A DNA stretch of 32,000 nucleotides from sequence record PP408251.1; one strand, written 5' to 3'. Position 1 is the first letter of the stretch. Each line of letters starts with the position of its first letter. The notes beneath the pieces were generated by a model, which worked only from the letters and a program-made list of their open reading frames with translations, made no database searches and had not been told where the DNA came from. Shown piece after piece: positions 26,199-32,000 of the stretch. Origin of the DNA: Pseudomonas phage vB_Pa-PAC4. The translations under genes and the position numbers were made by a program.

Positions 26199-27008
26199 TC
26201 AAAAGATCGGGGTGCCGTTCATCGGGTTCTTCTTCGGGTAGAACGGCTGACCCCCGTAGTTGTCCACGTTGTTGAACTTGTTGTGGCACGTATTCAGGGT
26301 GTGGTCGCACCCGGGATAGGCCCGGACCGTCGCGTTGGCGGGTATCCCAGCCAACGGGAGGTTGAGCGTGATCGCCGGTCCCACGTGCGCGATGATGAAC
26401 CGCCGTTCCAGGACCCCCGCCACTTCCCAATCCACGTAGCCCCCGGCGAAGTAGCCGTCAGCGAAGGAGGAGAAGGCCGGTGACAGGAGGTCCCGCCCCG
26501 AGACGCCCGTGAGAGTCGCGTCCACCCGGAAGTTCGCGGAGGACAGGCCGCACGCGGCCCCGTACAGGACGTGGGGACAAGTTGTCTGGTACATCCGGCG
26601 CAGGGTCGGGCGGCGCAGGGAGGTGTACACGGGCTCAAGGCGCACCTCCGCCTCGCGCTCCGTGAATTTGACGTTCACCACTCGCCCGACCCACGGGACG
26701 GCGAGCTGTGCGTCACCCTCGTGATACCGCTGAATGGTGAGTTGGACGATGTCGGTGGGCGGCGAACCGCGGAATTGATCAAGGAAGCTGATGCCCTTAT
26801 CCATCGTCAGCGTCAGGTTGCTCCGGGACATTTCCTGGTTCTGCTCGAAGGCCCCACGCTTGATCTGGACGGAGTTGTAGGTCACTCCGTCCACCACCTT
26901 GTCTTCATCCGCTGAGGTGTAGCGCCAGTATTGCGCCCCCCGGGCGAACAGGTACAACTCGACCGGGTAGGCCTCAAACAGGCTCCGCTCGCGTGCGTCA
27001 TACGTCAT
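26199..27008 (-). CDS. Phage BR0599 / DUF2163 family tail assembly protein
   Basis: MTYDARERSLFEAYPVELYLFARGAQYWRYTS...CPHVLYGAACGL...FIIAHVGPAITLNLPL...YPGCDHTLNTCHNKFNNVDNYGGQPFYPKKNP. Confidence 0.85.
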   Translation of the reverse strand: MTYDARERSLFEAYPVELYLFARGAQYWRYTSADEDKVVDGVTYNSVQIKRGAFEQNQEMSRSNLTLTMDKGISFLDQFRGSPPTDIVQLTIQRYHEGDAQLAVPWVGRVVNVKFTEREAEVRLEPVYTSLRRPTLRRMYQTTCPHVLYGAACGLSSANFRVDATLTGVSGRDLLSPAFSSFADGYFAGGYVDWEVAGVLERRFIIAHVGPAITLNLPLAGIPANATVRAYPGCDHTLNTCHNKFNNVDNYGGQPFYPKKNPMNGTPIF

Positions 27009-28675
27009 GGTTGAATCTCCATCATGCGGACCGTACATTCAAGGACCCGGTTGGAGTTCCATTGAAGTTCTACCCGATCCGCGTCCAGGCGCTTCAGGCC
27101 CAGGAAGCTGATTTGGCGGATGCGATTGGCGTTGATGTTGATCGGGGCGTCCAGACCGATCACCGCCGTGTCCGTGCCGGAGGCCGTCGCCGCATTGATC
27201 GTCCGCAGCAGCCACGTTCCGTCATCCAGGAGGATGCCGATGTGCGTGCGCTCCGGCGCAAATTCGCGGTAGTCGTCAGCATACACCTCGATGCTCTGGG
27301 TCAGCTCGCCGGTCTGGGCGATCCGCATGTTGTTCTCGAAGGTCGGAACCCAGAACGGGCGCAGGCGTCCCGCGCGCCGGTGGAGGAACTTGCGGAAGTT
27401 CCAGATGTCCTGGAGTCCCTGCAGCAAGAACTTGTAAGGGCGTCCAATTCGCGTGTAGGTCCAGGGCGAGTAGAAGCTGGCCCCCGCCGCGGTCCCGTAG
27501 TCCACGACATCAACCCGGGCTTGAAGGCTGTCCGTCATCGCCTCGCCATTCTTCAGCGCCTCGTCAAAATACACGTCATACCCGAGGAACTGCGTGGGGG
27601 CCGCGGGCGGGTCCAGGTCGATGTTGTCGCTGAACTCATAGGTCATTTCCAGTGAGCCGTTGTAGCCCGAGGTTGCCCGCGAGACGTTGCCGACGATCCG
27701 CCCAAGGCGCACGGGCACGATCCACGGGTTGGTGAAGGTTTCGGCCAGCGGTCGGTTCAGCGTCAAAGTCCCGGCGGAGACGATCCCCACGTCAGCGGTC
27801 GCGCTCTTGCGGTTGGACTCCCAGATCATGATCAGCGCGCCGTCCCGGTAGTCGGAGGCGGTCGTGTCGATGTTGATCACGGTCGTGCCCGCCAGCAGGG
27901 TTCCGACCTGTTGGGCCTCAGACCAGAGGGCGACGGCCCAACGGCGAGTCAACCAGCCATACACCAGGTTCTCCGCCCGGGCCATTTCCCGGTACGGGAT
28001 CGGGTAGGTGACGTTGAAGGACTGGCGGGGCTTCTTGCGCAGTCGCACCCGCTGCTCCGACCCGTCATTGGTCGTGAGCACGTCCGTTTTCCACTCCAGG
28101 ACCTCCTTGGCGGGGGCCTCGAAGATGTACGGCAAGGCGACGATACGCGAGCCCAGCACGCGGAGGTCGCCGTCATCCACCGTCCCATCCCAATCAAAAT
28201 GGAAGATGGCGTTGATGTCGGGCGGTCCGTCCGTGGTGACGGTCAGCTGATAGGTCTTGGTCTCCAGAGCTGCCCAAGTCGCGGGCGGGACGGCCCCCAC
28301 AAGGGAAATACCGCCGCCGTTCTGAACTTGGATATTCTGGAGTTGTCGGCTGTTGAAAAAGCCGTTCCACACCTCGATTGCGAACTGCTGCTCACTCACG
28401 AGGTTGCCCACGTTGATGTTCGAGGGGCGGATGTGGATGCGGTTGTAGTAGTCGTCCAGGAAGGTCGGCATGCGCCAGCCCGTCGAAACCTCCCCGGCTT
28501 CGCTGATGGGGAGGTTGTTCTGGACGGAGCCGAAGCCGTCCGCGGTTCGCTCCCATGGCGTTCCGGGCGGGCTTTGATCGTCCCACGCATAGGAATCCAG
28601 CCCGACTGCCCAATCAGGGGTCGGGGCTCGCAGGGTATCCAGCCCCACGAAGGCTTGCGTGGTGATCACCGCCAT
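27005..28675 (-). CDS. Conserved minor tail protein
   Basis: 556-aa protein MAVITTQAFVGLDTLRAPTPDWAVGLDSYAWDDQSPPG... located between BR0599-like and tail adhesion genes. Confidence 0.65.
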   Translation of the reverse strand: MAVITTQAFVGLDTLRAPTPDWAVGLDSYAWDDQSPPGTPWERTADGFGSVQNNLPISEAGEVSTGWRMPTFLDDYYNRIHIRPSNINVGNLVSEQQFAIEVWNGFFNSRQLQNIQVQNGGGISLVGAVPPATWAALETKTYQLTVTTDGPPDINAIFHFDWDGTVDDGDLRVLGSRIVALPYIFEAPAKEVLEWKTDVLTTNDGSEQRVRLRKKPRQSFNVTYPIPYREMARAENLVYGWLTRRWAVALWSEAQQVGTLLAGTTVINIDTTASDYRDGALIMIWESNRKSATADVGIVSAGTLTLNRPLAETFTNPWIVPVRLGRIVGNVSRATSGYNGSLEMTYEFSDNIDLDPPAAPTQFLGYDVYFDEALKNGEAMTDSLQARVDVVDYGTAAGASFYSPWTYTRIGRPYKFLLQGLQDIWNFRKFLHRRAGRLRPFWVPTFENNMRIAQTGELTQSIEVYADDYREFAPERTHIGILLDDGTWLLRTINAATASGTDTAVIGLDAPININANRIRQISFLGLKRLDADRVELQWNSNRVLECTVRMMEIQP

Positions 28676-28676
28676 A

Positions 28677-29678
28677 TCAAGTCACCTTCTTGTATGCGAT
28701 TCCCCGTTGGACGGACCGCCCGCCCTTCTGGTACCATGGAAACACTTTCCACGTCTCCGACCCCAACGTGAACTCCTCCCCCGGCTGATACAGAGTCATG
28801 TCCATATAACGCAAACCAGGCATGACACCAACCGGGTTCAGGTACTCCTCGTTGCGATTGACCGACACGATCTGGGGCAGGAGAATACCGACCCCATTCA
28901 GTGGGTTCGGAGACAGCGACATCAATACTTTATCGTGAACCGCCCCACCTTGGCAAGCCTGACCTGTCTGGGTGTAGGTCGGGCGGCGCGAGGAGTGACA
29001 CCAGTTGTTGAAGGAGTCGAACTGCGCCCGGAGGAAGGACCCGGAGTTGGTTGAGGCGGAGCTGTCCATGTAACCTGCCGACCTGAAGGGGACCTCCTCC
29101 AGAGAATAGCTCCCGTTCTCCACGTCCGATCCCAGCCAAGTGGCGCTTCCGGTAGTAGTTGCCGGGTGCGAGCCCCCGGTGGCGTAGAAGAACCGCCCCC
29201 CACCCGGGGCCGCGGAGTTAAACAAGTCCAGGGCTCCGAAGCCCAGGCGCTGGAAGATAGTGGATGCCACCTCCAGCTCCAGGTAGATGGTCTTGCTGTC
29301 CGGCGCAAACAAGTGGTATGACGGAAACGGCCCGAAGTAGATGGGCAGCGGAAGATTGGCATGCGCCTGGTCCCCGCCCGAGGACGAAGTGCGCAGCGGA
29401 TAGCCGGGCTGGCGGTCCCAAGTCGCCCCGGCGCTGTAGCCGTCCGAACCGTTGATGGCGATCCCGTATCGCCCGGAGGTGGAGGAGCCGTTGATGATGA
29501 TCGTTTCGTTCTGGTAGCTGCGCAAATTGACGTAGGACGCCCCCTTGCTCAGACACAACTCGCGCCCGGAGCCCGCCGCCGCGTCCCGGTTCACGGTCCA
29601 ACCCTGGGCCGCGGCGAAGTCGCGCAGCTTGATCAACATGTCGTTCGGTCCGGTCGCGGACCCAGTTTCATAAGCCAT
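28677..29678 (-). CDS. Tail protein, possible receptor-binding/adhesion component
   Basis: 333 aa, small-residue and aromatic rich, tail operon position. Confidence 0.5.
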   Translation of the reverse strand: MAYETGSATGPNDMLIKLRDFAAAQGWTVNRDAAAGSGRELCLSKGASYVNLRSYQNETIIINGSSTSGRYGIAINGSDGYSAGATWDRQPGYPLRTSSSGGDQAHANLPLPIYFGPFPSYHLFAPDSKTIYLELEVASTIFQRLGFGALDLFNSAAPGGGRFFYATGGSHPATTTGSATWLGSDVENGSYSLEEVPFRSAGYMDSSASTNSGSFLRAQFDSFNNWCHSSRRPTYTQTGQACQGGAVHDKVLMSLSPNPLNGVGILLPQIVSVNRNEEYLNPVGVMPGLRYMDMTLYQPGEEFTLGSETWKVFPWYQKGGRSVQRGIAYKKVT

Positions 29679-29692
29679 GATTCAGTTCTCCC

Positions 29693-31222
29693 TCAATCCA
29701 TCGACAGCGCCCAGTGCTCGTGGATCGTGTTGCGGTAAGCATTCTGGAACACCACGTGAGTCTTGCCGTTGAACACGGTCGTGTTCTCCGCGCTGTTTTG
29801 GTACCCGCTGATTGCAAACGTCCCTTCCAGCTCCCCGAGGACTTGAGCAGGCGACCGCTGAATCAGCACGCAAGGCTGGAGAATATACCCGCCGCCCAAG
29901 CACTCGCGGTAGGGGCGCAGGCCCGAGGACCACTGGCCGTTCATGCAGTGAGGCCAGACGTTGCGCAAACCGGCGTTGTTGATGCCGACGTTGTATGGAG
30001 GCGAGCTGCTAACGGTCGGACCGCCTACGCCCTCGCTGTTGCTCGAAGCATAGGCTGAACGGTTGCCGTGGTAGTTCCACGCTCCTTCCGGGCTCCGCAG
30101 GTATAGCGTCGCCCAGTTCGCTTCGCCTTCCGGGTAGTTCTGAGTGCCCGGCCCGGGATACACGCCGTGGGTGTAGCTCACGTATGAATAACGCCACTCC
30201 GCGGACCGGGAAGTGTCGTTGATGGGGCAGAGGGAACCACCGACAGCGAGCGGGTACGGGTATTGATTGGGCGTAGCATACGGGAGGATGAAACCAAGAT
30301 AGCCTCCCTCATAGTTCGTGCCGACCTTGACGCAGAACCGGAAGGAGCGGCCCGAAGCAACCATCCAGTACGGCATGGTGGTGTTCCACAGCGGGACCAT
30401 CGGGGTTGCCCGAGTGTATTGCGCCCCGTAGCCCGGGAGGGCTCCCGGTTGATTGAACCAGGAAGGCTCGTTGGCGTCATAGCCCGTGTATCCGTTCATG
30501 AACAGGTTGTACCAACCCGCTGCGCTGTCGTACTCCGCCCGGATGCCGGTGTAGATTTCGTCCAGGCCCGAGTTGCCCAGGGCCTTTAGGATGACCTCCG
30601 ACCCAAAGTGGTTGGCAACCGTCCCGTCCGCTTCGAGCAGGAGGAGTTCCTGCCACCCGATGTAGCTCACCACCTGGGTCGCGTCCCAGATGATCTTCCA
30701 ATACAGGTGCGAACCGGGAGTGCCGGGCACGGCGAAGTCCCGCCGCTCCCCGGCGGACCAGTTCGGCGCGTTCGAGACGGTCAGGGCCGTAGTCCAGGCG
30801 GTTCCGTCATCCGAGTATTGGAGCCGGAAGGACTTGGGGGCATAGCTTGCGTAGCTGGACCCGATGGGGGCCTTGATGCGCACGGTCTTGACTTCGCGCG
30901 CCTGTCGCAGTTTCCATTGACCGTAGCTGCTCCCGGCGGAGAAGCCTGAGTTGGTGTACCAGAAGGACTCCGAACCGTTCGAGGCGGGATTGTTCGTGTT
31001 CAGCGACCGCGGATCATAGCGGAACGTGTGGATTTGTTTCCGACCATTACCCGTGAAGGAGTCCGGGAGGCTGGTGGTGTACGTGTCGATGTTGTCCCGG
31101 CGGACGCGCAGCGCCTGCCAAGCCTGACCCGCCGTCACCAGGGTCGCGTTCGTGGTAAGAAAGGCGACGATCTTGCTGAAGAAGTCCTCAAAGTTCGTCG
31201 CGGTTCCGATTTCGTTTGCCAT
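29693..31222 (-). CDS. Tail protein with discoidin/F5-8 type C-like domain
   Basis: SFWYTNSGFSAGSSYGQWKLRQAREVKTVRIKAP...APKSFRLQYSDDGTAWTTALTVSNAPNWSAGERRDFAVPGTPGSHLYWKIIW resembles an F5/8 type C beta-sandwich. Confidence 0.6.
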   Translation of the reverse strand: MANEIGTATNFEDFFSKIVAFLTTNATLVTAGQAWQALRVRRDNIDTYTTSLPDSFTGNGRKQIHTFRYDPRSLNTNNPASNGSESFWYTNSGFSAGSSYGQWKLRQAREVKTVRIKAPIGSSYASYAPKSFRLQYSDDGTAWTTALTVSNAPNWSAGERRDFAVPGTPGSHLYWKIIWDATQVVSYIGWQELLLLEADGTVANHFGSEVILKALGNSGLDEIYTGIRAEYDSAAGWYNLFMNGYTGYDANEPSWFNQPGALPGYGAQYTRATPMVPLWNTTMPYWMVASGRSFRFCVKVGTNYEGGYLGFILPYATPNQYPYPLAVGGSLCPINDTSRSAEWRYSYVSYTHGVYPGPGTQNYPEGEANWATLYLRSPEGAWNYHGNRSAYASSNSEGVGGPTVSSSPPYNVGINNAGLRNVWPHCMNGQWSSGLRPYRECLGGGYILQPCVLIQRSPAQVLGELEGTFAISGYQNSAENTTVFNGKTHVVFQNAYRNTIHEHWALSMD

Positions 31223-31231
31223 ATCTCATCC

Positions 31232-32000
31232 TCAGCCGTTGTTCACAACCTGGCGGACCGCGCCAGCGTTGCGTTGGATCACGTTCAGCAAGACCCGCTC
31301 GCCCGAGGAGCTGGTCAGGTAGTCCTGCATCAGGTTCGGGTCGATCACGTTCACAACCCGGATCGCGGACCCACCGCCCTGCTGCCCCTCGCCACCGCCC
31401 TGACGCGCTTCGTCCCGCTCCTGGGTCGGAGTACGGACAGACACCTGTTCGCCAGGCGTAGCACGGAAGGCGACCAGCTGCGAGTCCGTCCCGCCCGTCC
31501 CGCCCACGGTGAAGTCACCGCCGAAGGCAAAGCCCGGCGTTTGGGCGATGATCTGGGCGACGTTCGCAGCCGCCACCGCGCCGGTCGCCGCCGCGAGGGC
31601 GTAGTTGGCCGGGGGCGGAGCGGAGGCAAGGGCCTTCTGAACCGCCAGCACGCCGTCGATGGTCGCGGTGGTGATCGCCGCGGCCTTACCGATGGCCGCC
31701 AACTTCTTGTTCTCCGACCGGGACAGCCCGGACAGAGTGGAGAAGAAGTTGCGCTGGGTGGACAGGTTCTGCTCAGTGATCTGGGCCTGAACCCGAGCCT
31801 TCAATTGCTGGGCGGTCTGCTCGCTGATGAGGTCGGCTTGCCGCATCTCATCAATCCGCGCGTACATCTGCTCATACTGCGACAACATCGCCTGCTGGGC
31901 TTCGACCGTACCGGCGAGAAGGTCCGCGTTGGACTCCACCAGGAACTGGTTTGCCTGGGCCTGCGTGATCGCCCCCGCGGCCAGCAGCTCGTTGATCGCC
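31232..32000 (-). CDS. Tape measure protein, C-terminal part (continues beyond right edge)
   Basis: Ala/Gln-rich helical region then PGFAFGGDFTVGGTGGTDSQLVAFRATPGEQVSVRTP, typical of tape measure C-termini; frame stays open through 32000. Confidence 0.8.
   Translation of the reverse strand, partial: AINELLAAGAITQAQANQFLVESNADLLAGTVEAQQAMLSQYEQMYARIDEMRQADLISEQTAQQLKARVQAQITEQNLSTQRNFFSTLSGLSRSENKKLAAIGKAAAITTATIDGVLAVQKALASAPPPANYALAAATGAVAAANVAQIIAQTPGFAFGGDFTVGGTGGTDSQLVAFRATPGEQVSVRTPTQERDEARQGGGEGQQGGGSAIRVVNVIDPNLMQDYLTSSSGERVLLNVIQRNAGAVRQVVNNG

Overview
The window is a contiguous stretch of a high-GC tailed-phage (siphovirus-like) genome. Every gene I can support is on the minus strand. 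Content and gene order resemble the YuA/M6-type phages, but that placement is from memory, not a search. Left part: PrimPol-like primase-helicase (runs off the left edge), tandem-HTH regulator, VRR-NUC-like nuclease, dCMP deaminase, family A DNA polymerase with Leu at the 762-equivalent position, DUF3310 and HD-nucleotidase-like proteins. Centre (about 7.1-13.7 kb): a compact cassette that reads as a thymidine hypermodification pathway. It contains a thymidylate synthase-like/dUMP hydroxymethylase candidate, Nmad5-like protein, 5-hmdU kinase helical-domain protein, separate P-loop 5-hmdU DNA kinase candidate, radical SAM enzyme, fold-type II PLP enzyme, and an aGPT-Pplase/amino acid:DNA transferase-like protein. 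Next come a DUF3489-like protein, a UDG-superfamily protein, class II ribonucleotide reductase, Dda/RecD-like helicase and SNF2-like helicase. Right part (23.1-32 kb): tail genes, including BR0599/DUF2163, a tail hub-like protein, a discoidin-like protein and a tape measure C-terminus that runs off the right edge. The sequence also shows three phage promoters sharing the 12-mer CTTTACTTCTTC, another strong promoter flanked by two CCAAG-N4/5-CTTGG palindromes, a 427-bp repeat-rich intergenic region, and an unlisted 37-aa Trp-rich microORF with a strong Shine-Dalgarno. The most interesting system is the hypermodification cassette: its enzyme combination predicts an amino-acid-derived 5-substituted uracil whose identity cannot be settled from sequence.
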